Source: Geobacter sulfurreducens PCA
Lineage (GTDB): Bacteria; Desulfobacterota; Desulfuromonadia; Geobacterales; Geobacteraceae
Assembly (NCBI RefSeq): GCF_000007985.2
Contig: NC_002939.5
Span: forward strand, 2,790,001-2,822,000
Length of the DNA stretch: 32,000 nucleotides
Reading direction: 5' to 3'
Position numbers and translations under genes: made by a program. The notes under the pieces were generated by a model. It had not been told where the DNA came from and ran no database searches. It worked only from the letters and a program-made list of their open reading frames with translations. Position 1 is the stretch's first letter. Each line of letters begins with the position of its first letter. Shown one piece after another: positions 1 to 8,506 of the stretch.

Positions 1-246
1 GTCATCCCGGCCGACTATGCCGGCAAGGTCCTCGGGTCGGTTCAGCAGAAGCGGGGACGGATCGAAGGAATCAGCAGCCAGGGCGACACGGAGACCATCC
101 GGGCGTCGGTCCCCCTGGCGGAAATGTTCGGCTACATGACCGAACTGCGCAGCGCCACCAAGGGGCGCGGCACCTACACCATGGAATTCTCCCACTACGA
201 TCGGGCCCCGATCGAGGTGCTGCGGCGCTTCGGCCTGGAGGCGTGA
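1..246 (+). CDS. Elongation factor G family GTPase, C-terminal fragment (5' end lies outside the window)
   Basis: Frame 1 is open from base 1 to TGA at 244-246. The translation ...VPLAEMFGYMTELRSATKGRGTYTMEFSHYDRAP... carries the conserved EF-G domain V/C-terminal signature (F-GY...LRS.T.GRG...F..Y). Not in the ORF track because the start is missing. Confidence 0.8.
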   Translation, partial: VIPADYAGKVLGSVQQKRGRIEGISSQGDTETIRASVPLAEMFGYMTELRSATKGRGTYTMEFSHYDRAPIEVLRRFGLEA

Positions 247-255
247 ACCGGACGG

Positions 256-1332
256 CTACTTCTTTCCCTTCTTGCGCAGCACCGCCCGCAACCCCTTGGC
301 CATGCGGCGCTCCCCCTTCTTGCGCTCCCGCCGCCCCTCGGCATCGGCCAGGGTTGCCATGGTTTCTTCTTCCAGCCGAAGCTTGAGATAGCTGCCGTAG
401 CGGCCCGGATCCAGCCCGCCCTCGGCCAGGGCGGTGCGGACGGCACAGCCGGGCTCGTGCCGGTGGGAACAGTCGTGAAAACGGCAGCCGGCGGCCAGCT
501 CCGCGATCTCGGGGAACGCCGCGTCGATCCCCTCGTCCACCTGCCAGAGGCCGAATTCCCGCATCCCCGGTGTGTCGATGACGATTCCCCCGCCCGGCAG
601 GAGGATAAGCTGACGATGGGTGGTGGTGTGGCGCCCCTTGGCGTCCCGCTCGCGCACCGCGCCGATGGCCATGACCGGATCTCCTGCCAGCAGGTTGACC
701 AAGCTCGACTTGCCCACGCCGGACGGTCCGATGAAGCAGGCGGTCACACCGGGGGCGAGAAGGGCTCCGACTTCGTCGACACCGGCGCCGTCCAGGGAGC
801 TGACGGTCATGACCCGGATGCCGGGAGCGACCGTTGCGGCCTCCTCCGCCGGTGCGGCCGGATCACCGGCCAGATCGCTCTTGGTGAGCAGTACCACCGG
901 TTCGGCGCCGCTCTCGCGGGCCGCGGCCAGGAACCGTTCGAGCCGGCGAAGGTTGAGGGCGCCATCCAGGCCGGCTACGATGAAGACGATGTCGACGTTG
1001 GCGGCAACCGGCTGAACCTCGGCCCCACGGCCCGACTCACGGCGGGCCAGGATGGTGCGGCGGGGCAGAACGGCCCGCACCAGGACGGTGCTGTCGCCGG
1101 CAACGGGCTCCACAATCACCCAGTCGCCCACCACCGGCCGTTCGAGCCGATCGCCGGCCGTCTCCCGCATGGCGCGGCCGGTGAGGATGGCCGCCACCTC
1201 GCCGTCGGCCGTGCGCACCCGGTATTCGCCGCGCTGCTCGGCAACGACCCGCCCCGGCCGGCCGGCGTCGGAAGACGCCCCGGCATGGGCGGCGAACCAG
1301 TCGTCCCATCCCATTTTTACAAGTAATTCCAT
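256..1332 (-). CDS. rsgA: Ribosome small-subunit biogenesis GTPase RsgA (YjeQ)
   Basis: ORF 256-1350. The ATG at 1332, preceded by AAGGA with a 5-nt spacer, is preferred over the GTG at 1350. GTPase motifs are in circularly permuted order: LLTKSDL (G4), GPSGVGKSSL (P-loop), DTPG (G3). The C-terminal Zn cluster CRFHDCSHRHEPGCAV is typical of RsgA. Confidence 0.85.
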   Translation of the reverse strand: MELLVKMGWDDWFAAHAGASSDAGRPGRVVAEQRGEYRVRTADGEVAAILTGRAMRETAGDRLERPVVGDWVIVEPVAGDSTVLVRAVLPRRTILARRESGRGAEVQPVAANVDIVFIVAGLDGALNLRRLERFLAAARESGAEPVVLLTKSDLAGDPAAPAEEAATVAPGIRVMTVSSLDGAGVDEVGALLAPGVTACFIGPSGVGKSSLVNLLAGDPVMAIGAVRERDAKGRHTTTHRQLILLPGGGIVIDTPGMREFGLWQVDEGIDAAFPEIAELAAGCRFHDCSHRHEPGCAVRTALAEGGLDPGRYGSYLKLRLEEETMATLADAEGRRERKKGERRMAKGLRAVLRKKGKK

Positions 1333-1398
1333 GAGAGTCCTTATGCTCACATCCTCGTGGGAAGGAACCGCTGAGGGGTCTGCTGTTACGTTATCACT

Positions 1399-1448
1399 TT
1401 TCCTCCGGGCGGCCCCTAAGGGGACCGGGGGCTCACCCGGAGGAAAAA
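1399..1448. other. GC-rich compound stem-loop between the histidine-kinase stop and the rsgA start
   Basis: TTTTCCTCCGGG (1399-1410) pairs perfectly with CCCGGAGGAAAA (1437-1448). An inner CCCC-taa-GGGG hairpin lies between the arms. No U-tract follows on either strand, so it is not a canonical intrinsic terminator. Confidence 0.3.
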
Positions 1449-1470
1449 GTCGTGCAACAAAGCAGAACTA

Positions 1471-4400
1471 CTATAGCGGGAGTTTGTGAGAAAAGGAAGA
1501 CGGCAGGGTGAAGCTGAACGTGCTCCCCACGCCCGGTTCGGACTCGCACCAGATGCGGCCACCCAGCCGCCGCACCAGGGTCTTCACGAAGGCCAGCCCC
1601 ATCCCCTCGCCGGGGACATCCTGCCGGCCGGCGCGGCGGAACAGTTCGAAGACCCGGGGGATTTCTTCCTCCCTGATGCCGCGCCCGTTGTCCTTCACAT
1701 GGAAGACGCACTCCTCGCCGCCCACATCGGCCCAGATCTCCAGACGGCCCGGCCGCCCGGGCTCCAGGTACTTGAGGGAGTTGTCCAGCAGGTTGCCCAT
1801 GATCTGTTCCATGGCAATCCGGTCCGCGGTGATGACCGGAAGGTCGCGGATCGCCACTTCGGTACGGTTCGTCTCGATCTGATGGGCCAGGGAGTCGAGG
1901 ATCGAACGCACGACAGCGCCCATGTCGACCGGTTCCGTCTTGAGTTCCCTGCGACCGAGGCGCGACAGGTTGAGAATGGCGGTGATGAGGGTATCCATGC
2001 GCTGGGACGAGGAGTTGATGAAGCCGACCGCCTCGTCGATATCCTGCTCGAAGAGCCGGCGGAGCCGCTCGCGGGTCATCATCTCGATGTTCGGGGAAAG
2101 CTCCGCTATGACCCCCCTGAGCTCATCCATAGCCGTAACCAGCTCCATGGAGAACCCCTTGATGCTGACCAGCGGCGCGCGCAGGTCGTGGGAGACGATA
2201 TAGGCGAAGTCCTTCAGTTCCTCGTTGGTCTGCTCAAGCTCTGTCGCGTATTTCCGGAGCGTGTCCTCATGGTGCTTCCGCTCGGTGATATCCCTGAAAA
2301 TCCCCCGGGAGGCCAGCGGCTTGCCGTCCACCACGTTACAGTTGACACTCCCCTCCACCAGGATGGAGCGGCCATCTTTCGCCATGAACCGGGCCTCCAC
2401 CGCCTCCAGGCTCTGGCCCTCCATGACCCTGCGGAACTCGCCCATGCAGTGGCCAATGCACTCCGGATCGATGATCTGATCAAAGGTGAGCCCCTTCACC
2501 TCCTCCTCGCTGTAGCCGAGCGTTTCGCGCCAGGCCCGGTTCACGTAGAGGATCTCGCCCGAGGGTGACACGCTCTGGATCAGGTCGTTGGCGTTTTCGA
2601 AGAGATCCTTGTAGCGGGTCTCGCTTTCGCGCAGGGCCTCGTCCCACCTCATCCGCTCGAGCTCCGCCCCGGCCCGGGCCGCGAATATCCGCAACAGGGA
2701 GCGGTGCCCCTCGTCCTCGCGCATGGGCTTATCGTCCAGAACCGCCAGGTGGCCGATGGCGGTGCCGCGGGAATCGAACAGCGGCACGCCCAGGAAGCTC
2801 TCGACACCCATTCGCTTCATGGTTTCGGCGGAGGGATAGAGCTGTCCCAAGCCGCTGGGATGGAACAGGATGTCGCTGTCAGCGATGACCCGTTCGCAGG
2901 GGGTGCCGTTCAGGGGCATCTCCATGGTGGGACAGTAGCCGTTGCCGGTCCAGAAGGCCAGGGTGCGCATCCGGGCGGGAGAACCGTCCAGCAGGCGGGT
3001 GACAAAGGCGAACCGGGTCCCGAGGGCCGAGGAGAGACGCCGGACGAGCGAACGGAAAAACTCCTCGCCCGTCACCGAAGCCGTCCCCTCGGTGAGGTAG
3101 CGGAGCATTTCTTCGGCCCACTTGCGCTCGGAGATATCGATGAAGCTCTCGATCAGCAGCTTCCTTCCCTGGTAGGTGACCGGCACCACCGATTTGAGGA
3201 TCGGGATGGACGTGCCGTCGAACCGCAGCAGGCGCCGCTCCGAGTTGTCCATGTTTTCGAGCAGGTCGGTGATGGGACAGGCGCCCTGAACGGCGCTACA
3301 GACGAAATTGTGGCAGATCCGGTCCACCACGAGCCCCTTGGGCGCCCCGATCATGTCCAGGGCAAAGGTGTTGGCATCCACGATCCGGTGATCCTGGGGG
3401 TCGATGACAAGGATTCCCGCGTGGATGGAATCGAGGATGTTCTTCAGGTGCTGCTCGTTTTCCCGCAGGGCCTGCTCGGTCCGCTTCCTCTCCCCGATGT
3501 CCACCGCAACGAAGACCGATCCCTGGAACGAGCCGTCACGGCCTAACATGGGAGACGCGGAGAGCAGTACCGGGGTCCGGCGTTCGTCGCTGCTCAGGAA
3601 GGTGAATTCGGCCGGACTGGAGCCGATGGACTCCACAAAGCACCTGAGCCCCTCGGTCCGCAGGCGCTCCTTGTCACGTTCCCAGGCGAAGATGACACCG
3701 ACCGGCATGCCGAGCAACTGCTCCTCATCGTAGCCGAGCATGGTCAGGGCGGCGCGATTCACCCGCCGGATGGCGGCGCGGGTGTCGACCACTATCAGGC
3801 AGTCGCTCATGCTCTCGATGATATTGTCCACGTAGTCGCGGGAGACCGTGGTCTCCTGGAGCCCCTCCACCATGGACCTGAACGAGGCGCAGAGGGAGCC
3901 GATCTCGTCTCCGGCATCGTAGTCAGGGAGTCCGGAAAGGTCCAGACTGCCCCCGGCAAAGGAGGTAACCATGCCGCGCAGCTCTTCCAGGGGGCGGATC
4001 AGGAGCCGGTTGGCCACAAAGGTGATGGCAGGCGCCGCCAGCAGTACCACCATCCCGAACAGGACGAAAAGATAGATCGAGGTATCGCGGGCAAGCGCAC
4101 GGTTGCGCTCGATCTGGTGCTCGACCGAGGTGACGTAATCCCGCGACATCCGCTCGAAGTCCACCAGGATCAAGCGGCCGTCCGCCCCGAGACGGGCGAT
4201 CTCTCCGCTCAGGAACGTGTCGGTGCTGCCGAGCACCCGGGGATACAGCTCCGTCGCCTTCCGGAAATAGGCCTCGTAGCGGGACTTGAGCGCCTCGACG
4301 TCGCCATAGCGGTGCTCGGTGTCCTCCCGGGTGAGCTCAGCTACCCGGGCCAGGCTCGTCACGATCTCGCGCCCCAGTTCATTGGCCCTGAGCGCTTCAT

Positions 4401-4632
4401 CCCGCTCGCCGGTGACAAAGGCATCCTCGTAGAGCTTCAACTGCTTGCGGTAGAGGCTCAGGATATCGTTCCCATTGAGGGCCAGGGGAAATTCGACCCG
4501 CTTGAGGTGGTCGAGGTTGTGGGAAAAAAGTAGATTGGAGTAGTAACTGGAAAGGGTTGCGATCAGGTAACCCACGAAGGCCACGAGAACACAGAGCCAC
4601 ACCTTGGTGCGGATACTGCGGGGGAGCTTCAT
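1471..4632 (-). CDS. Membrane sensor histidine kinase: extracytoplasmic helical domain, HAMP, multiple PAS, GAF, HisKA, HATPase
   Basis: 1053-aa ORF. Two hydrophobic segments (VWLCVLVAFVGYLIATL and IYLFVLFGMVVLLAAPAITFV) flank about 155 aa of predicted extracytoplasmic sequence. H-box FAYIVSHDLRAPL. ATP-lid motifs DNGRGI and GEGMGLAFV. The ATG at 4632 overlaps the upstream gene's stop (ATGA). Confidence 0.9.
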   Translation of the reverse strand: MKLPRSIRTKVWLCVLVAFVGYLIATLSSYYSNLLFSHNLDHLKRVEFPLALNGNDILSLYRKQLKLYEDAFVTGERDEALRANELGREIVTSLARVAELTREDTEHRYGDVEALKSRYEAYFRKATELYPRVLGSTDTFLSGEIARLGADGRLILVDFERMSRDYVTSVEHQIERNRALARDTSIYLFVLFGMVVLLAAPAITFVANRLLIRPLEELRGMVTSFAGGSLDLSGLPDYDAGDEIGSLCASFRSMVEGLQETTVSRDYVDNIIESMSDCLIVVDTRAAIRRVNRAALTMLGYDEEQLLGMPVGVIFAWERDKERLRTEGLRCFVESIGSSPAEFTFLSSDERRTPVLLSASPMLGRDGSFQGSVFVAVDIGERKRTEQALRENEQHLKNILDSIHAGILVIDPQDHRIVDANTFALDMIGAPKGLVVDRICHNFVCSAVQGACPITDLLENMDNSERRLLRFDGTSIPILKSVVPVTYQGRKLLIESFIDISERKWAEEMLRYLTEGTASVTGEEFFRSLVRRLSSALGTRFAFVTRLLDGSPARMRTLAFWTGNGYCPTMEMPLNGTPCERVIADSDILFHPSGLGQLYPSAETMKRMGVESFLGVPLFDSRGTAIGHLAVLDDKPMREDEGHRSLLRIFAARAGAELERMRWDEALRESETRYKDLFENANDLIQSVSPSGEILYVNRAWRETLGYSEEEVKGLTFDQIIDPECIGHCMGEFRRVMEGQSLEAVEARFMAKDGRSILVEGSVNCNVVDGKPLASRGIFRDITERKHHEDTLRKYATELEQTNEELKDFAYIVSHDLRAPLVSIKGFSMELVTAMDELRGVIAELSPNIEMMTRERLRRLFEQDIDEAVGFINSSSQRMDTLITAILNLSRLGRRELKTEPVDMGAVVRSILDSLAHQIETNRTEVAIRDLPVITADRIAMEQIMGNLLDNSLKYLEPGRPGRLEIWADVGGEECVFHVKDNGRGIREEEIPRVFELFRRAGRQDVPGEGMGLAFVKTLVRRLGGRIWCESEPGVGSTFSFTLPSSFSHKLPL

Positions 4633-5060
4633 TGGCGAACCTCCAGGACCCTGACCGACGCATCGACCGTTTCGGGGGAGATATAGCCGATGGCAGTGGG
4701 GGTGGTGGCCACGAACGCCTTCACGTCGGCATCCCCCTTCAGGGTGCGCGGCGGAATGGCCGTACCCGTGAACAGCGCCTTCTTCCAGTAAATGCCGTAC
4801 TGCTGGGACGAACGGTGGAGCACACCCTGTACAAATGAGGAGTGAGCCTTTTTACCATCCTGGAGCACGATGGTGACCGAGCGGCCATCGGGCCAGGCCG
4901 TTTTCTTTCCCAAGAACATGAGGCGGGCTTCCTGTTCGGTCAGGGTCTTGACCGGGTTATCGCGGTTGACGACGAGGACGTAGTCGGCCGCTCGCGCCGC
5001 CTCCGGAACGGAGACGGCAACCAGCAGGACCACAAGGATGACGTCCAGACAATACCTCAT
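4629..5060 (-). CDS. Small secreted PstS/PBP-like (half periplasmic-binding-protein) domain protein
   Basis: The ORF track starts at a GTG (5069). The ATG at 5060 is preceded by GGTGGA. Signal peptide MRYCLDVILVVLLVAVSVPEAARA. The mature part (...FLGKKTAWPDG...TPTAIGYIS...) resembles short PBP_like/PstS-family domains, a recalled family resemblance. The stop overlaps the HK start. Confidence 0.65.
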   Translation of the reverse strand: MRYCLDVILVVLLVAVSVPEAARAADYVLVVNRDNPVKTLTEQEARLMFLGKKTAWPDGRSVTIVLQDGKKAHSSFVQGVLHRSSQQYGIYWKKALFTGTAIPPRTLKGDADVKAFVATTPTAIGYISPETVDASVRVLEVRQ

Positions 5061-5081
5061 CGCATCCACCGCCGTTGGGTG

Positions 5082-6293
5082 TCAGAAATTGTATGAAACC
5101 TTCACGGCGCCGTAGCCCCAGCGCCGCTTCATATCCTGCGGACTGTTGTAGAGTTCCAGGTACAGGGCAGCACCGTCCACCTGGTGCCATTCGGCCTTGA
5201 CGGTCCACGACGGGTTGATGTCGAAGCGGAGCCCGGCGCCGAAATCCTTGCGCCAGCCCAGGTAGTCGGGCCGCCCCTGCCGGAGGTAGGCCTTCCCGTC
5301 GTGATCGTGCTTGTCGTTGTAAAACACATCGTAGAGCAGCGAGAGACTCACCTGTTCATTGAAGGCCCAGGTTCCCATCACGTACCACTCCTGGGTCCGG
5401 CCGTCCATGGTGAGCTGGCCGAAGAGCCGCTGCTCGCGGTCTGTTTCGGCGTACTCACTGGCCAGCGTGAGGGGGCCGTTCACATATTCCAGGGAGTAGA
5501 CGTACTTGCCGCGGATGGCCAGCTCTCCCGGCGGGAGCGCTCCGCCGTTCAGGGTCAGGTCGTGGCGGCCGCGCTGCCAGGATACCGCCGCGCGCAGGCC
5601 GTCGATGGAGGTGTTGAAGATGAGCTGTGCGCCGACCACGTACTTGTTGTCCATGGTCACGTCGGTCACGGTGCCGAGCCCCTTGCGGGTGGCAAAGGTC
5701 TGGGCGTTCGCCCGCGTGGCTCGCGCGATGACGGAATCGTCGGGAAAATCGAACCAGCCTCTGAAAAACTGGTAGTCGAAATCGCCCAGCGGGCCGGCGG
5801 GCACGTTGCCGTAAAGGCCGCCGCCGATGCAGGCGATGAGCATGTCGCGACGGGTTTCGTCGTAAATGCTCTGGGGGAGAAATATCATGGGACGGAGAAA
5901 ATCCGAGTCGCGCCCCTCGTTGTAGAGCCCCATGGGACGCTTGATCTTGCCTACCCGCACGCCGATCAGGTCGTGAACGCGATAGTCGGCCAGGGCCCAG
6001 TCGAGCCGGATTTCGTTGTCGCCCACGTCGCCGTAGTCGCGGGAGAGCAGCTGGGCGCCGAGATGGAGGTGGTCGGTGAGGCGAGAAGTGAGCGTAAGCC
6101 CGAACTCGTTGAGCTGGAAGGTCCCGTCGCGGGTATCGGCCAGGAAATTGTTGCCGGTGCTGTCCAGGTAGCCCTGGGAAGCGAACCCGTGCAGGGCGAG
6201 TTTCTCGCCCAGCAGGTCCAAGGCGCGGGCATCGCCGGCGACCGCCACGGTGACGGCCGCCAGCGCCGCGCAGAAAAATCGAACAATGGACAT
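5082..6293 (-). CDS. Outer-membrane beta-barrel (porin-like) protein, specificity unknown
   Basis: Start moved in-frame to the ATG at 6293 (MSIVRFFCAALAAVTVAVAGDARA, a signal peptide). The Arg-rich N-terminal extension in the track overlaps the upstream GGDEF gene. Alternating amphipathic strands throughout. C-terminal ...VKVSYNF with a terminal Phe is typical of BAM-dependent OMPs. Confidence 0.75.
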   Translation of the reverse strand: MSIVRFFCAALAAVTVAVAGDARALDLLGEKLALHGFASQGYLDSTGNNFLADTRDGTFQLNEFGLTLTSRLTDHLHLGAQLLSRDYGDVGDNEIRLDWALADYRVHDLIGVRVGKIKRPMGLYNEGRDSDFLRPMIFLPQSIYDETRRDMLIACIGGGLYGNVPAGPLGDFDYQFFRGWFDFPDDSVIARATRANAQTFATRKGLGTVTDVTMDNKYVVGAQLIFNTSIDGLRAAVSWQRGRHDLTLNGGALPPGELAIRGKYVYSLEYVNGPLTLASEYAETDREQRLFGQLTMDGRTQEWYVMGTWAFNEQVSLSLLYDVFYNDKHDHDGKAYLRQGRPDYLGWRKDFGAGLRFDINPSWTVKAEWHQVDGAALYLELYNSPQDMKRRWGYGAVKVSYNF

Positions 6294-6307
6294 ATGACGG
6301 CAGCTCC

Positions 6308-7666
6308 CTAGCACGGGGATCCGGCACACGCCTGCGGCGCAGCGTCTACCGCCCCGGCGCAGGGATCGTGCATCGCGAAGGCGAAACGGTTTTTCCCGAG
6401 GCGCTTGGCCCGGTACATGGCCGCGTCGGCCTTTCTGAGCAGGCTTTCCGCATCGGCCGCATCGAGGGGATACATGCTGATGCCGATACTGGCCCCGACG
6501 GTACATTCGCCGCCGGCGAGCGCTACCGGCACGGCCAGTGCTTCGATGATCTTGCCCGCCACCATGGCCGCGTCGGCTTCGCCTGAAACCCGGGTGAGGA
6601 TGACGGTGAATTCGTCCCCCCCCATCCGGGCCACCGAGTCGGCCTTGCGCAGGCATGATTCGATGCGCCTGGCCGCCTCCATCAGGAGCACGTCGCCGGC
6701 GTCGTGGCCGAAGACATCGTTCACTCCCTTGAAATGGTCCAGGTCTATGAAGAGGAGCGCGGCACACTGCCGGTCCCGCTCGGCCTGGCGCAGGCTCACG
6801 TCGAGGCGGTCGAAAAACAGCACCCGGTTGGCCAGGCCGGTGAGGGGATCGTGGTGAGCCAGGAACTCCAGTCGTCTTTTCGCCAGCTTCTTTTCCGTTA
6901 TATCACGAATAATAACCTGTAACGCCTCTTCCCCCTCGTGGGAAAAGGGGACTGCCGCCAGTTCAACGTCGACGGCTCGGCCACCGGGGAGGGTGAGCCG
7001 TTCCTCGAACCAGGGCACGGCATCGGAGCCGGTGGATTCCGACGCGAGCTGGTCGCGGACCAGGCAGAGGTAATCGGGGGACACCAGGTCCGCTACCCGC
7101 CGGCCGATCACCCCCGTCGGATCGGATGCCCCCAGCAGGCGGGCCCCCGCGGCATTGATGAAGGCGATCCGGTCCCCCACGTGGATGGCGATGCCGTCGG
7201 GCGACAACTCCACCAAGCGGCGATAGCGCTCCTCCCGGTCGCGGATCATCTCGGCCATCAATTCCTTTTCCCGGAGCAGTTCCTGCCGGGTCAGGACCTG
7301 CTCGATCACGATGGGGAGCAGTTCGATGTACCCCATCTCCAGGTCCTTCACCACGTAGTCCGCCGCCCCCTGCTTGAGGGCTTCCACTGCCACCTTCTCG
7401 CTTCCGTTGCCCGTAACCATGATGACGGGGATATCGACACCCCTGGCCGCAAGGGTGGCAATCACCTCGATGCCGCCGCAGACGGGCATATCGTAGTCCG
7501 CCAGAATCAGATCGTAGGAGGTCCCTTCAAGCACGGTAAGCCCGGCCGCGCCATCGGCAACGACATCAACCTGGTACCCCTTGCGCAGCAGGCTCTTCTG
7601 GAGCAGCCGGGCGAGAGCGGGGTTGTCCTCCATGTACAGAATCCGGATCGGACGTGATTCGGCCAT
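6308..7666 (-). CDS. Response regulator-PAS-GGDEF diguanylate cyclase
   Basis: REC motifs (ILYMEDN, LILADYDMP, VVKD), a PAS region and a GGDEF domain with intact GGDEF. GHDAGD carries the guanine-specifying Asp. The RKAD I-site lies 5 residues before GGDEF. SD GAGGTGG lies upstream of the ATG at 7666. Confidence 0.9.
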   Translation of the reverse strand: MAESRPIRILYMEDNPALARLLQKSLLRKGYQVDVVADGAAGLTVLEGTSYDLILADYDMPVCGGIEVIATLAARGVDIPVIMVTGNGSEKVAVEALKQGAADYVVKDLEMGYIELLPIVIEQVLTRQELLREKELMAEMIRDREERYRRLVELSPDGIAIHVGDRIAFINAAGARLLGASDPTGVIGRRVADLVSPDYLCLVRDQLASESTGSDAVPWFEERLTLPGGRAVDVELAAVPFSHEGEEALQVIIRDITEKKLAKRRLEFLAHHDPLTGLANRVLFFDRLDVSLRQAERDRQCAALLFIDLDHFKGVNDVFGHDAGDVLLMEAARRIESCLRKADSVARMGGDEFTVILTRVSGEADAAMVAGKIIEALAVPVALAGGECTVGASIGISMYPLDAADAESLLRKADAAMYRAKRLGKNRFAFAMHDPCAGAVDAAPQACAGSPC

Positions 7667-7745
7667 TGGCCCACCTCATCGTGTCGTGTCGTACCCAGCG
7701 CTTGACGATTGAATTAATATATAAATATGCAAAATATAGACCTAT

Positions 7746-8189
7746 TCATTCGCCAGCGCTAATCGTGCCGTCCCCAATGAGAGAGACGATCCGCTCGGCC
7801 ACCAGGACGAAGCCGTCGCTATCCATCGGCTTCCGGAGAAAGGCGTCACAGCCGAGTTCATGACAGGCTTCGATCTCCGCCGGGTTATCGGAGGTGGTGA
7901 GGATCACTACGGCAATGGACGAGGTACGCTCATCTCCCTTGAGCCGGGACAGGACGTGCACCCCGCCCAATTCGGGCATGTTCAGGTCCGCGATCACGAG
8001 ACAGGGCCGCAGGGTCTTGACCCCTTCGAACTCGCCCTCCTCGAAGATGAAGTCGAGGGCCCTGCGTCCGTTGTCGAGCCAGATCACATGCTGCATGCCC
8101 CCCATGCGGGCCAGATGCTTCTCGATGAGGCGTGCATGGCCGCGGTCGTCGTCCACAAGCAGGATTACATCGTCGCGAAACCCATTCAT
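7746..8189 (-). CDS. Stand-alone CheY-like receiver domain protein
   Basis: Start moved in-frame to the ATG at 8189 (MNGFRDDVILLVDDD...). Phospho-acceptor context LVIADLNMP, and K in FLRKP. The upstream part of track ORF 7746-8408 has no domain-like sequence. Confidence 0.85.
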   Translation of the reverse strand: MNGFRDDVILLVDDDRGHARLIEKHLARMGGMQHVIWLDNGRRALDFIFEEGEFEGVKTLRPCLVIADLNMPELGGVHVLSRLKGDERTSSIAVVILTTSDNPAEIEACHELGCDAFLRKPMDSDGFVLVAERIVSLIGDGTISAGE

Positions 8190-8416
8190 AAAAACCCCTG
8201 AAGCGAAATCGGCGGCACCGTTCAGGTCGTCGTCCGGGCAGCTGGCCACATGCGGTTCCTTATGATTGTATCGACCGGAAAGGGGTGTTCCTTTAGCAAT
8301 AGTCGGGCGAAAATACGCACTACTGGGGCAAATGCCCCCTCGGAACGCGGCCGATGAACAGAGGACGGTCAACACCAAAACATTAGTGGGGAAATTCTGA
8401 AGAAACACGGAGGGAT

Positions 8417-8464
8417 CGCCCCGGGAGAGGTTCAGGCCGGGGATGCCTGGCCTCTCTCGGGGCG
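8417..8464 (-). other. Long GC-rich stem-loop downstream of the hydrolase gene (possible terminator or RNA-stability element)
   Basis: CGCCCCGGGAGAGG..CAGG (8417-8436) pairs with CCTG.CCTCTCTCGGGGCG (8446-8464), about 18 bp including one G-T. On the minus strand a U-rich run (GUGUUUCUUC) begins only about 9 nt after the stem, so this is non-canonical. Confidence 0.35.
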
Positions 8465-8506
8465 CAACGGTGTGTGCGGCTACCTGCCGCCGTTACGAAG
8501 GTCCGG

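Noticed and set aside
6294-6767. N-terminal 158-aa extension of the OMP ORF, and similar extensions of trmFO (19836-20207), maf (18184-18282), the LysM gene and the REC gene
   Set aside because: The extensions are Arg-rich or low-complexity and overlap the upstream genes. They are followed by internal ATGs with SD sequences and proper signal peptides or N-terminal family motifs.
6308-6900. Possibility that the REC-PAS-GGDEF enzyme is a Hypr-type cGAMP synthase, as described for some Geobacter GGDEF proteins
   Set aside because: As I recall, Hypr enzymes replace the guanine-specifying Asp with Ser. Here the motif reads GHDAGD with the canonical Asp, alongside an intact GGDEF and an RKAD I-site. 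A conventional c-di-GMP synthase is the parsimonious call.
7667-7745. AT-rich spacer upstream of the REC-PAS-GGDEF gene, searched for sigma70 and sigma54 promoters
   Set aside because: TTGCAT and TATATT occur on the coding strand but only 5 nt apart. TTGACG on the opposite strand has no properly spaced -10. There is no GG-N10-GC sigma54 pattern. A promoter probably exists here, but I cannot place it from the sequence.
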